Assembly (NCBI GenBank): GCA_000004695.1
Contig: CM000150.2
Location: forward strand, 4,064,001-4,128,000
Source of the DNA: Dictyostelium discoideum
Taxonomy: Eukaryota
DNA length: 64,000 nucleotides
Direction of reading: 5' to 3'
Made by a program: the position numbers and the translations under genes. The notes under the pieces were generated by a model. That model saw only the letters and a program-made list of their open reading frames with translations, was not told the DNA's origin and did not search any database. This document shows, piece by piece, positions 1 to 16,455 of the stretch (positions are counted from its first letter, which is position 1; the number at the start of each line of letters is the position of its first letter).

Positions 1-1675
1 GAACAATCATTACCAAACCATTTACCAATTTCACAAGAACAAATACCATTACTACTATCACATATACCTTGATTAGAATTTGTACAATTATTTAAACATT
101 GATAATAAGGTACTTCACAAACTCCTGTTGACAAATTACAAATTCCAATTGTATCATTACAATTATTTGGACATTGAATATTATTTAAAAAACCAGGTTG
201 AATTTTTATATAATAATTACTTGTTAAATTACCAACTGTGATTTGGAGTACATTTAAATCAATTGCAAAATCATTGGTGTTTGAAAATGTGCAATTTACA
301 TGGGCAAAACTTGTTGAATCAAAATCACATGGTACCCCATTAACTTTAATAGATTGATATGAGTAACCCATATAACTTGATAAGAACTCACCATTAATTG
401 ATAAAGTTGTTGGTGTTTGAAATATTGTTGATAATACTATTGGGAAAGTATAGTTATCTCGTGTTGGGAATGTTATAACTTGACTAATTGGTTGTGAAAA
501 TTCAATATCAATTCGATCACTATTAGCATACATATTAGGTGTTACAGTATAAATTAAATATTTTTTACCATAAACTATTGTCAGTTGGCCTGAGCTTGCC
601 TCGATTTTCCAATTGCTTGGTTCATAACCAATATCATTTCCATAGATTAAAATACCTCTTGTATCACTATAAACATCAACTCTTGGTGCAAATGTTGTAC
701 ATTTTAGATTTCTATTTAAATTTTTAAAATTATTACCAAGGAATCTATCATACATTGATGGGAATCCTGCAAATGATCCACTTGCTGGTGCATTAAAATA
801 ACATGAAAAACAACTTGGTATTTCACCTTCCATTTGATTATTTGTTAAAGAAATTTGTGTACCACACCAACTTGGATCAATTGTTGATGTAATATTATTA
901 TTTGAGAAATCAACTAAATAATTTGTTGAATTATATACACCTAATGGACCAGGGCCAATTGAATTATAAATGAAGAGGTTTTCCTTACCAAATTGACTAA
1001 ATGGTTGAACTGATGATATATTACAATTGTAAAATTTAACTTCAACATTTGATGGATAAATAAATGGAAATCTACCATCAATATTCAATGAATGTGCTCC
1101 AAATATTGATAATGTATGTTGACTTTTAATTGATCTTAAATCAATAACACTTGTTGGTCTTTCAACATCACCTTTTACTGTTATATATGAATATTTGGGT
1201 GAAGTTTGTGATACAACTGATAATGGTATTACAATTCCATTTTCAGATGATATAAAAAGTTGAAAACTTGTGATTGTATTTATTAAATCAAAATTACCTA
1301 AAAAACATGAAGATATTGTTAAATTTAATTCGACCAATTTTGGTAAATTTGTAAAATCTATAAAATTACAAATTTCTAATTCTAATACAGCCAATGAATT
1401 TAATGGTCCTATTAAATCATTTTCCAATTTAACAGATGATCCTGATATTTTAAATGCTGTCAATCCTTGTAAAGATGATAATTTTAAATCTGGTCCTAAA
1501 TCTGTTTCAATAATCTCTCTATTTTCAAAAAAAATAAAAATAAAAATAATAATAAAAAATTATAAATTAAATTAGAAAACCATTATAATAATTAAAATAA
1601 TAGTAAGTAATCTTACATTGATTGATATTGCGGCATGGGTGTTAATAAAACTGATTCATCTATAAGGAGATTCAT
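1..1675 (-). CDS. Partial two-exon gene (3' end beyond window start): LRR-like plus EGF-like cysteine-rich secreted/membrane protein
   Basis: ATG at 1675..1673 on the minus strand. Exon 1 is 1617..1675 (MNLLIDESVLLTPMPQYQS). The intron is 1519..1616 (GTAAGA...ATAG). Exon 2 is 1..1518 and stays open to the window edge. The translation shows LxxLxLxxC leucine-rich repeats followed by CPNNCNDTIGICN...GICDSSNGICSCEIGKW EGF-like modules. It is absent from the ORF track because there is no stop codon inside the window. Confidence 0.6.
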
Positions 1676-1929
1676 TATAATTTTTCTATAAATAATTGAA
1701 ATACAAGATAGTTTAGCTTGAAAAAAGGTTTTTGTAATTTCAAACCCAGTTAAATCTCTATTTAATAAAAAAAATTAAAAATTAAAATTCTAATCATATT
1801 TTGTATAAGTAATATTAATTCATACAATGTTACGAAATTACCAAGGCATGTGAATTGTGTTGGGTCTAAAATACCTTGTGTTTTATTACTTGCAATTAAG
1901 GTCACACTATAAAAATAAAAAATAAGATA

Positions 1930-1931
<2 letters not shown>

Positions 1932-1977
<46 letters not shown>

Positions 1978-2228
1978 ATCTTGTCAAAAGTAAAATGCAA
2001 TACCAACGTTCCATTAAGATAACCATTATCATCACAATCAATTAAAGGAACAACATTGCAAAAATTATAAAAACCTGAAGCATCCTTTGAAAAGGTATCA
2101 ATTTCATATTGGGTAACAATGCCTTTAAGACATTCATAAACAGGACTTTTTAAAAGCACTGATAAGTTTGATGGAATTGATATAATAATAAAAAATATTG
2201 AAACTAAAAGAACTATTGATTTATTCAT
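1932..2228 (-). CDS. Possible small secreted Cys-containing protein (signal peptide MNKSIVLLVSIFFIIISIPS), about 98 aa
   Basis: ORF-track ORF 1932..2294, taken from its second Met. It has an N-terminal hydrophobic signal-like segment and 4 Cys. The C-terminal poly-Lys comes from reading through an A-run, so the true 3' end is uncertain. Confidence 0.25.
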
Positions 2229-2646
2229 TTTTTTCTTTTTTTTTTTTTTTTTAATTAAAAAAAAAAAATCAAAAATGAAATAGATAAATTTCAAATATAA
2301 ATAGAATTTATTTTAAAAAAAAAAAATATGAACAAAATAAAAATAAAAATAAAGGGTAAAAAAAAAATAAAATAAAATAAAATAGCAAACAAAAAATAAA
2401 AAAAAACCATTATTTTTTTATTTTTATTTTTTTGATCATAAAAATATCTTTTTCTTTTCAAAAATATCTAAATATTTTTTTTTTTTTTTTTTTAATAATT
2501 TCTCTTTAACTAAAAAATTTTTCAAAATGGTTTATAAATTAAAAAATAAAATAAAATAAAATAAAAATAAGAATTTAAAAAAAAAAAATAAAAAAAAAAA
2601 TTATTTGACACAAAAGATCTTTTTATTAACTCTTTTAATTTATTTA

Positions 2647-2696
<50 letters not shown>

Positions 2697-2935
2697 TTTT
2701 ATTTCCACATTTTTCTGACCAGACAAATCACCCAATTTTTAAGGTAGGCCCTTATAACCAAAACACGTAAATTAATTTTTATTTTTTTTTTTATTTTTTT
2801 TATTTTTTATTTTTAATTTTATTTTTTTTTTTTTTGAATTAAATTTTTTTGTTTTGTTTTGTTTTTTTTTTTTTTTTTTTTTTTTTTTTTCTCAATTAAA
2901 ATTTTTATAACAATTTAAAAAAAAAAAAGAAAAAG

Positions 2936-3804
2936 ATGGGTGTACCAGAAGAGTATCAACAAATTCCAATAAACCAACCACAACAACAACCACAACAACA
3001 ACCACAACAACCACAACAACAACAACAACAACAATATCATCCACAACAACCACCACAGCAACCATCATCATCACCAGTACAACAACTATTAAATCAAAAT
3101 TATGATGTAAATTCATATACACCATCAATTGTAAAAACCCAACAATATAAATTAGCCTATGAAAAAGGTCATTTCAATTTTATGAATGGTTTTTCAAAAA
3201 TATACCCAAACGAATTAAATAATATATTAACACCAAATGAATATAATGATCTTGTAATTGAACTTAATGATATATGCCAACAAGATCCAAGAAAATTAAT
3301 TTTAGCAATTGTTATAGGTGTTATCTTAATTATTGTTGTACCATTTTCAATCGTTTTATCACTTATTTTAATTCCACTTGCTATACTTTTATTTTATAAA
3401 AGAGTAATTATTATTATTAAAAAAAAAAAAAAAAAAAAGAAAAAATATACACACCCATAAAAATAAAAATGATTCTAACTTTATTTATTTAATTTTATAA
3501 TTAGATGGATGCCAAAATGCAAAAAGTTATAGAAAAATATAATTGTAGTTTAATTACACGTGGTATCTATATTAACATTGCTAAAAGAATTGAAAGAAGA
3601 GATGTTTTAATTAATTATCCAATTGAATTAGCTTATTCTTTACAACCACAACAACAACCACAAGTTCCATTATATGTTCCACAACCATATCCACAACAAC
3701 AACCACAACAACAACAACAACAACCACAAATGATGGTTTTTAGTCAACAACCAATGAATAATGCTGTTGTTGGTGATAATATTACCCTTTTAGATAAATA
3801 TTAA
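2936..3804 (+). CDS. Two-exon hypothetical protein, Q/P-rich with one transmembrane segment (join 2936..3403, 3505..3804)
   Basis: Two same-strand ORFs are joined by a phase-0 intron 3404..3504 (GTAATT...TTAG). The N-terminus is (CAA/CCA)n Q/P-rich. The hydrophobic segment LILAIVIGVILIIVVPFSIVLSLILIPLAILLF follows. The second exon is Q/P-rich. Confidence 0.5.
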
Positions 3805-3912
3805 TTTAATTTATATTAATTTTAATATTAATAATTTTGGTATTAATATTAGTTAATTATGTATATGTAATAAAAAAAAAAAAAAAAATTTAAAAAAAAT
3901 TATTTACCTTTA

Positions 3913-3926
<14 letters not shown>

Positions 3927-3996
<70 letters not shown>
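3927..3996. repeat. (ATT)n microsatellite, about 23 units
   Basis: Uninterrupted attattatt... run in the intergenic region. Confidence 0.9.
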
Positions 3997-3998
<2 letters not shown>

Positions 3999-4159
3999 TC
4001 AATTAATTTTTTGGATTTTTAACTTTATAAAATATATTAAATTAGATTAATATAAATTAAAATTATTTATTTTCATTTTTTTTTTTTTTTTTTTTTTTCC
4101 AAATTTTTTTTTTTTAATTTTTTTTTTTTTATATTTTATTTTTCAATTATTACAAAACA

Positions 4160-4462
4160 ATGGCAACAACACAACAACCTGAAGCTACAGAACATCAACA
4201 TTTTGGAGTAGTTGAAATTAAAGATTTAGAAAATCATAAATTTATAAAACCAGTAAAAGTTGTAACAAATGAAGATGATATTAAAAAGTTTTTACGTTCA
4301 GGTGCATGTAGAGATTTATTAGAATATATTCAAACATTAAGTGATAAAATTAAATCAAAACCAAATTCAACTAAAACTCAAAATTCAAATGTAATTATTA
4401 AATTATTATTTTTTAAAATTTTATTTAATTAAATATTTTATAATTTTATTAAAATAATAATA

Positions 4463-4498
<36 letters not shown>

Positions 4499-5244
4499 AA
4501 ATTAAAAATATAGTATCAATGTTAAATGAAATTAGTGTATATATTGATAATATACCACCATTAGCACAACCAATGAGATATGGTAATAAAGCATATCGTA
4601 CATTTTATCAAAAATTATTAGACAATGTTGAAGAATTACATAAACATTTATTACCACAATCAATGCATTCATCAATTATTGAATTATCATCATATTTAAT
4701 GGACGCAATGGGAAATCAAACTCGTTTAGATTATGGCACAGGCCATGAACTACATTTTGTTGTTTGGACTTACTGTTTGAGAAGAATTGGTTTTTTAAAA
4801 TCAACAGATGAGGAAGACATCGTATTGAATGTGTTCACTACATATTTGGATTTAGTTAGAAAGTTACAAAGAGTTTATGGATTGGAACCAGCTGGCACTC
4901 ATGGTGTTTGGAGTTTAGATGATTATCAATTCATTCCTTTCATTTGGGGTGCTTCGCAATTAATTGGGAATCCATTCGATATTAAACCTGCAAGTGTTAC
5001 AATTGAAAAAGTGGTCGATCAATATTATAAAGAATATCTTTACATTGCTTGTATTAAATATATTAACACCGTTAAAAAAGGTCCATTTCACGAACATTCT
5101 CGTGACCTTTTCAATATAAGTGGTGCTGCATCTTGGCAAAAAATTAATACCGGTATGATGAAAAAGTTCTATGACGATGTTTTATCAAAGGTACCAATCA
5201 TTCAACATTTTTTATTTGGTTCTTTAATTTCTTTTTCTGTTTAA
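4160..5244 (+). CDS. Serine/threonine-protein phosphatase 2A activator (PTPA / PPP2R4 family), two exons (join 4160..4390, 4498..5244)
   Basis: The translation contains RYGNKAYRTFYQKL, DYGTGHELHFVVW, EPAGTHGVWSLDDYQFIPFIWGASQL and GPFHEHS, matching the PTPA core. The intron is 4391..4497 (GTAATT...AAAG). The acceptor was chosen so that EIKNIVSMLNEIS aligns with human PTPA EAIEKLVALLNTL. Confidence 0.85.
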
Positions 5245-5506
5245 AAAAAAAAAAAACAATAAAAAAAAAAAAACAACAAAAAAAAAAAAACAATAAAAAA
5301 AAAAAACAATAAAAAATAACCCAAACTCTTTTTTTTTTTTGAAAAAAACTTTTTTTTTTTTTTATTATTAACAAATCTCAAATCCAATTTAGATCTAACT
5401 AGCGAGTTTTCATGAAAAAATAAAAAAAATTAAAAAAAAAGTAAAAAAAAAAAGTAAAAAAAAAATGATTAAAAAAAAAAAAAATATTAAAAAACAAAAA
5501 AAAAAA

Positions 5507-5537
<31 letters not shown>

Positions 5538-7064
5538 TATAATAATATTTTTAAAAAAAAATTATAAAAAAAAAAAATAAAAAAAAAACCACAGGTTCTA
5601 TTTATTGTAATTTACTTGAATTCACACTTAAAGGTCTTTGCAGAACTTTTTTTTTTTTTAATAGTGGCGGGTCTTTGATTTTTTTTTTATTTTATTTATT
5701 TTTTTTTGATTTTTTTTTTATTTTATTTATTTTTTTTTGATTTTTTTTTTTTTTTTTTTTTTTAATTTTTTTTAATTTTTTTTTTTTTTTTTTTTTTTTT
5801 TTGATTTTTTAAAATTCTCAACACGAACAGTGTTTGATTTTAACTACACACTAAAGCAGTTTCATATTTTATTAATAAAATAATAAATAAAAAAGTCAAT
5901 TTATTTTCTTTAGTCAAACTAAGATTGTAATGTAAGATAACACTTTTTTTAAAAATTTATTTATTTTTATTTTTATTTTTTTTCTTTTTTTGGTTTGTCT
6001 GTTTTCCAAAAAAAAATTTATACGAAAATCACACACATTTGGGTGTTTTTTTTTTTTTTTTTTATTATTTTATTTTATTTTTTTAATTTAATTTATTTAA
6101 TTTATTTTCACTTTGTTATTTTCATATTTTTATTTGTATAAAATTATGTCCAAATAACGATATCATAATAAACAATCCAAACAGATCGCAACATATGTTG
6201 GCGGTCAAATAATAATATGAAGTGCCGCATTACAAAAAAAAAAAAAAAAATTAAAAAAAAAAAAAAAATTAAAAAAAATAATAAAAAAAAAAAAAATAAA
6301 TAAATAAATAATAATAATAGTAAATTGTAAATAGATATAAATATTTTGGTTTTATTAATCATAGATATTGATATCTCTATATAAATATTTTTAAAACTTT
6401 TTTTTTTTTTTTTTTTTTTTTATATTATTTATTTTTATCTTATTATTTTCTATTTATTTCATTTTTTTTTTTTTTTAATTCTATTTTTATTTTTTTTATT
6501 TTTATTTTTATTTATGTTTTTTCTTCTTTTATTATTGTTGGTAGTTGTTGTTGTAATAATCTTTGTGAAAGTGGGTGGTAAATTATTTAAAATTTTTTTT
6601 TATAATTATCCGTTTGTACTTTTTGGAATTGATTTATAATTAAATACAAGTTATCAAGAGTGGGGGTTATTAAAATTTTTACTTCTACCAATTTATTACA
6701 ATTAAAAAAATACCATATTTGCTTGGATTATTAATTTCAAGCAATGGATTGGTGGTCACATTAATAATAATTTTAATAAAAAAAAAAAATAATAAATAAA
6801 TAAAAAAAAAAAAAGTTATCCAGCAAAATTAACCGCTCATACATTACAACTTTACCAATACATAACTTTGTAAAAAAAAAAAAAAAAAAAATAGAAATAA
6901 AATTATAATAATAATAATAAAAATAAAAGAGGATGAGCACTTTTGCATAATTTTCTTATAACCATCAAACAAAAAAAAAAAAAAAAAAAATAAATAAATA
7001 AATAAAAAAAAAAAAAAAAAAAAAAATAAATAAAATATAATAATGGAAATACCAAATACTGATG

Positions 7065-7099
<35 letters not shown>

Positions 7100-7940
7100 T
7101 ATATATACTATACCATGAAGCTCATATAAATGTCAAAAATGGCACATCATAAATCTAAAAATAAATTTCACCACCATATAGACATTGTGTAGATTTAAAC
7201 CCTATTTTCAGATGTTGTTATAAATAACAATTCAAATAAAGACACACACACACATTTTCACACAAATAGATACAAGTGGCAAAAATGTGGAGTAGTCCAA
7301 CAAAAATACTAAAATGTAATACAAAGATATTTTAGTGTGCTTGTGTGTGTGTTTTTTATTGAAACTTGTATTAAGAATTTGCCAATATTTCAATTTTTTT
7401 TATTTATTCAATTTTTTATTTATTTATTTACTTTTTTTTTTATTTTTTATTTTTTATTTTTTTTATTTATTTATTTATCTCCAATTTTTTTTTTTTTTTT
7501 TTTTAATAATTGATTCATATTATTGCCATTTAATTTCATTTAAAACTTTATTCTAGACCACCCACACACTTTTGCTTCCACCTGTTTCGTACTTTTTTAT
7601 TTATTTTTTATTTTTATTTTTTTCCCACACCCAAATAATATAACAATAATAAAATTGATCTAAGCGAAGTAGTATTTGCTTTCGTTTTTCTAAATTGGAT
7701 CTACATTTACTCTATTATATATTATAATTTAATTTTAATTCGGATTTCCAATTTTTTATTTTATTTAATTTATTTTATTCTCCTACCTATTTTTAATTAT
7801 TATTTTTATTTTTTTATTTTTTTTTATTTTTATTTTTTTATTTAAATTCTTTTAAAAATCACATATCAAATTATTATAATTATTTTATAAAAATATCCAA
7901 TAATAAATTTAATTAAGATCATCATATAGTTTTTATTTAT

Positions 7941-8060
7941 TTGTTCTTTCATCTTGGAAAAGTTCATATTATTTTTTTATTTTTTTTTGTTCTTTCATCT
8001 CCTCAAAAAAATTTTTTTTTTTTTGTTCTTTCATCTCCTCAAAAAAATTTTTTTTTTTCA
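7941..8060. repeat. Direct repeats of ttgttctttcatct(cctcaaaaaaa t-run), three copies; the last two are a 36-bp tandem
   Basis: Copies start at 7941, 7987 and 8023. Confidence 0.7.
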
Positions 8061-8557
8061 TTTGGTTTCTTTGTCTAAAAAAAAAAAAAAAATAATCTTT
8101 TAAGGGTTTAAAAAATATATATATTTAAATTAGATCCTTCGATATTTTGTTCTATTTCTTATTTTGACCGTTTTTTTTATTTAAAATTTTTATTTTTTAA
8201 AATATTTTTTAAAGATTTTAATTTTATATTTTCCCATATTCATAAAAAAATCTTCAGTTTCCCTGCTAAAAACATACCAATTTTATTTATTTTTTTTCAT
8301 TTTTTTTATTTTTTTTTATTTTTTTTATTTTTATTTTATTATTTTATTATTTTATTTTTTTTTTTTTGGTGGGAGAGAGTATGTGTGGGGTAATCAAAAC
8401 TTTGAAAAACACAAAACATTTCTTTATCGTTAAACATTTCACCTCGTCTCAATTTTTTTATTTTTTTTTAAATTAATTTTTATTTTTTTTAAATTAAATT
8501 TATATTTTTTTAATTTAAAATTATTTCTAACCTTTTTTAACACAAACATTTTTTTTT

Positions 8558-8591
<34 letters not shown>

Positions 8592-8696
8592 TATTTAATA
8601 TCACACAATTTATTTTACATATTTATTTTTATTTTTTTTTTTAAAAAAAAAAAAAAAATAAAAATAAAAATAAACTTTTGGTGTATTCCCATTAAA

Positions 8697-8729
<33 letters not shown>

Positions 8730-8746
8730 TAATAATAATAAAAAAA

Positions 8747-9187
8747 ATGCTATTCGCTCCACCAAATTTAGAAACTAAAGAGTTATTTTGGATTATATAT
8801 ATTTTAATCCTTATACCAAAAGTATTCGCTAAAGTAATGTCTGTAAGAGAATTATTTCCTTTTTTTAAATGGGTAAGTTTAATAATAATAATAATAATAA
8901 TGATAACAATCAAAAAAAAACAAATAATTAATAAATCGATTAATTAATCTTGACTTTACATATTTTTTTTTTTTTTTTTTAGGGATTTAATATAAGAAGA
9001 TCAAATTTTTTAGTACCAATTCTCAGTAATAACGTTATTGTTACTGGAGAAGAGGCAGTACAATATGAAAAACCTTTACCTTATATACCTCAACATAATC
9101 AACAACAGCAACAAAAACAACAACCATCACAAGATTATATACAGCAACCACAAAACGATAATAATATAAATAGTGGAAAAGAACAAG

Positions 9188-9222
<35 letters not shown>

Positions 9223-10515
9223 ACACCAGATATTACAAATCAACCAACAAAAACTAATAAAAAAATACCAATTAAAGAATTAAGTAATGAAGAAATTTTA
9301 ATTAAATTAGAAAAAGGTGAAGTATTGGCATATAGATTAGAAAATGAATTAGGTGATTGTTCACGTGCAGTAGAGATTAGAAGAATGTTGTTAGAGAAAC
9401 AATTATCGAAAAAGATTGAACCAATTCCACATGAAGGTTTTGATTTTGCAAAGGTTCAAGGACAATGTTGTGAGAATGTTATCGGTTACGTACCAATACC
9501 TGTTGGTACCGCTGGCCCAATTCAATTGAATGGACAATTGGTTACAATTCCAATGGCAACAACTGAAGGATGTTTAGTTGCCTCAACTCATCGTGGTTGT
9601 AAAGCAATCACTGAGAGTGGTGGTGCAAAATGTACAATCACATCACGTGGTATGACTCGTGCACCTGTCGTTAGATTTAGTGATATCGTTAAAGCATCAG
9701 AATTTGTATCTTGGATCAATGATACTGATAACTATCAAGCTTTAAAGGCTGTTTTCGATTCAACTTCACGTTTTGCACGTCTTTCCGCTATTAAATGCAC
9801 AATTGCTGGTCGTTCAGTATATATTCGTTTCAAATGTGACACTGGTGATGCCATGGGTATGAATATGGTTTCCAAGGGTGTTGAGGCCGTATTGGAACAT
9901 TTAAAGATCATTTTCGATGATATGACACTCTTAAGTATTAGTGGTAACATGTGCACCGATAAGAAACCTTCCTCAATCAATTGGACCGAAGGTCGTGGTA
10001 GAAGCGTAGTTTGTGAGGCCATGATCACTGGTGATGTCGTTCAAAGAGTTTTAAAAACAAACGTTCAAGCATTGGTAGATTTAAATATCGCCAAAAATTT
10101 AATTGGTTCAGCTATGGCTGGTTCAATTGGTGGTTTCAATGCTCACGCTTCAAATATCGTCACTGCTATCTTTTTAGCAACTGGTCAAGATTGTGCTCAA
10201 AATGTTGAATCTTCAAATTGTATCACCCAAATGGAGGCTTGTAACGATGGTCAAGATCTTTATATCACTGTCACTATGCCTTCAATTGAAGTTGGTACAG
10301 TTGGTGGTGGTACTTCATTACCTGCCCAATCTGCTTGTTTAGATATCATTGGTGTTAAAGGTTCTTCATCAAGTAAACCGGGTGCAAATGCTGATCAATT
10401 AGCTAAAACTATTGCTTCTGCCGTTATGGCTGGTGAATTAAGTTTAATGTCTGCATTATCTGCTGGTCATTTAATGAAATCTCATCTTCAATATAATAGA
10501 GCAAAAACAAATTAA
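8747..10515 (+). CDS. hmgA: 3-hydroxy-3-methylglutaryl-CoA reductase, two exons (join 8747..8872, 8983..10515), 552 aa
   Basis: Exon 1 encodes a short hydrophobic anchor ([29 protein letters not shown]...FKW). The phase-0 intron is 8873..8982 (GTAAGT...TTTTAG). Exon 2 carries the catalytic domain ([64 protein letters not shown]). I assign hmgA rather than hmgB because my recollection is that HMDH1_DICDI is 552 aa; that assignment is not certain. Confidence 0.85.
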
Positions 10516-10912
10516 TAATTTAAATAATAATAATAATAATAATAACAATAATACAGTTTCCTCTTCTTCTTCTTTCATCTTCTTCAAGAATCTCGACGAA
10601 TTGTTAATGTTAAACTTTAACATTACAAAAAAAAAATCAAAAAAAAAATCAACCATAATTATAATATATACTCATTGATTATGTACACTATATAATATAT
10701 ATGGCGTGTATAATATGTGTATATAATGATAAAAAAAAAGAAAACAAAACAAAAAAAAAAAACGATTAAAATTTTTTTTTTTTAAAAATCTTCTTTTTAC
10801 AAAAATGTTTAAAGAAAAAAAAAAATTACTTGATAATACCATCTTTTGTATAAATAAAATTACTTTTTTTTTTTTAATTAAATTATATCGTTTTCTTTTA
10901 TTTCTTTTTAAT

Positions 10913-11410
10913 TTAATTTTGTACTAATGCTTGTGAAGCACTTCTAAAAGAATAAATCTTTTTAATTTTTGATTTAAATTTATCACATTCTTCATCAGAT
11001 AATTGTGATAATTGTTCTGAAGTTGTTATACCAAATCCATTAAGCTCTTTAATGGTCTTTGGACCAATTCCTTTAATATTGACTAAATCTATATAAATTT
11101 TATTGTTTTTATTATTGTTTGTAACAGGTGTTGTGATTGGAGTATCAATATTTGTGGTGGTAGTGGGAGTGGTTTCAATTGGTTCTGACAATGATGGGGT
11201 TGTATGGTTGTTATTATTTTTTAATAATGATTCATTTAATATTATATTAGTTGGTTTGGTGGTTGGTTGTTCTTTTTGTTCTTGTTGAATTCTTATTCTT
11301 TTTGCAAATTCTTCTCTAGTTCTCTTTTGAATTTGTGCCCATGGTTTTGCAATGATACCTTTAACATGAGTGAAACCTACTTTACATAAATCAAAAATAC
11401 CCATTTTCAA
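10913..11410 (-). CDS. Hypothetical protein with a helix-hairpin-helix motif (LVNIKGIGPKTIKELNGFGI), about 165 aa
   Basis: Single ORF whose composition is less AT-rich than its flanks. It has a T/N-rich linker and a C-terminal HhH-like motif. Function is unknown. Confidence 0.5.
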   Translation of the reverse strand: MKMGIFDLCKVGFTHVKGIIAKPWAQIQKRTREEFAKRIRIQQEQKEQPTTKPTNIILNESLLKNNNNHTTPSLSEPIETTPTTTTNIDTPITTPVTNNNKNNKIYIDLVNIKGIGPKTIKELNGFGITTSEQLSQLSDEECDKFKSKIKKIYSFRSASQALVQN

Positions 11411-11427
11411 TTAATTTATCTTTTTTT

Positions 11428-11512
11428 TGTTGGAATTGCGAAATGAAAAAAAAAATAAAAAAAAAAATACGAAAAAACTTCACCTTTTTTTTTTAATTTC
11501 GCAATTCCAACA
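11428..11512. repeat. Perfect 17-bp inverted repeat (tgttggaattgcgaaat / atttcgcaattccaaca), extendable to about 21 bp with A/T pairs, with a 51-nt A-rich loop
   Basis: The arms are 11428..11444 and 11496..11512. They lie in the 160-bp spacer between two minus-strand genes (3' UTR of the upstream gene, promoter of the downstream gene). Confidence 0.9.
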
Positions 11513-11571
11513 AAAATAAGAAAAAAAAAAAAAAAAAGTGTTTAGAAAAAAAAAAAAAAAAAATAGAAAAT

Positions 11572-15519
<3,948 letters not shown>

Positions 15520-15579
15520 CTTTGATAATAATAAATATAAATTTGATGTGTGTTTTTTTTTTTGGAATTGAAAATGAAA

Positions 15580-15613
<34 letters not shown>

Positions 15614-15614
15614 A

Positions 15615-15651
<37 letters not shown>

Positions 15652-15744
15652 ATAATTAATTAATTAATCACAAAGAATTTAAAATATAAATGTTTTATTT
15701 TTAATAATTTAATGAACAATAATTTTTTTTTTACCAAATTAATT

Positions 15745-16356
15745 TTAACTTGAAATTGATGGTGAGGTTTGATTTGATTTGATAGGTGTTATATCTTTTG
15801 TGCATGGATTTATATAACTTGTTTTATAAAGAATTTTATTATTATATGGATTAATTATACTAATGTCACTGCCACATCCTTTTGGAAAATTTAATAAAAA
15901 AGTTGATTTTTTTATATGTTGAACTTTAACAACTTTATTATAAATTACTTGATCAAGATCTTTTGAAAATATATAAATTTGAACAGGTTTTAACACTCTT
16001 TTACCATCAAAAAAGAATTGACCACGAAATTGTACATCTCCACCTGAATTTGGAATTTTTTCAATTGAATCAATCTCTTGGTCAAATGTAATTAATGGAC
16101 CACCATTAAATGATTGATCATGAAGTTTATGTTGATATTTTCTTGGATAAAAAAAGTGTTCACCTTGATCTTCAATTAATTCATATCTTAATAATTGATT
16201 ACTTAACGAGTGAAATGATATAATTTGATCTTTACCACATTCAATTATAACATTCGGACTAACCCCTTTAATTGGATAACATTTACCATTGACCCCAAAT
16301 TTGGTATAGTTAATATTAATTATTAAAATAATTAATAAAAATATAATTGTTTTCAT
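15745..16356 (-). CDS. Secreted hypothetical protein, 203 aa, with a signal peptide (MKTIIFLLIILININY) and several Cys
   Basis: Complete ORF with an N-terminal hydrophobic leader and non-low-complexity composition. There is no recognisable domain. Confidence 0.55.
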   Translation of the reverse strand: MKTIIFLLIILIININYTKFGVNGKCYPIKGVSPNVIIECGKDQIISFHSLSNQLLRYELIEDQGEHFFYPRKYQHKLHDQSFNGGPLITFDQEIDSIEKIPNSGGDVQFRGQFFFDGKRVLKPVQIYIFSKDLDQVIYNKVVKVQHIKKSTFLLNFPKGCGSDISIINPYNNKILYKTSYINPCTKDITPIKSNQTSPSISS

Positions 16357-16389
16357 AATTTATTTTTATTAGTTTTATTTTTTATTATA

Positions 16390-16390
<1 letters not shown>

Positions 16391-16455
<65 letters not shown>
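16391..16455. repeat. (ATT)n microsatellite, followed at 16508..16552 by (ATTTT)n
   Basis: Direct reading of the sequence. Confidence 0.9.

Noticed and set aside
6144-7556. ORFs 6144..6362(-) and 7335..7556(+), Phe/Leu/Ile-rich
   Set aside because: They are translations of T-rich simple sequence in the intergenic desert, with homopolymeric codon composition and no flanking gene signals.
9735-10028. ORF 9735..10028(-) and other short antisense ORFs inside hmgA, Brr2 (20560..20781, 21305..21580, 22745..22990) and the large paralogues
   Set aside because: They are embedded antisense within strongly supported conserved coding regions.
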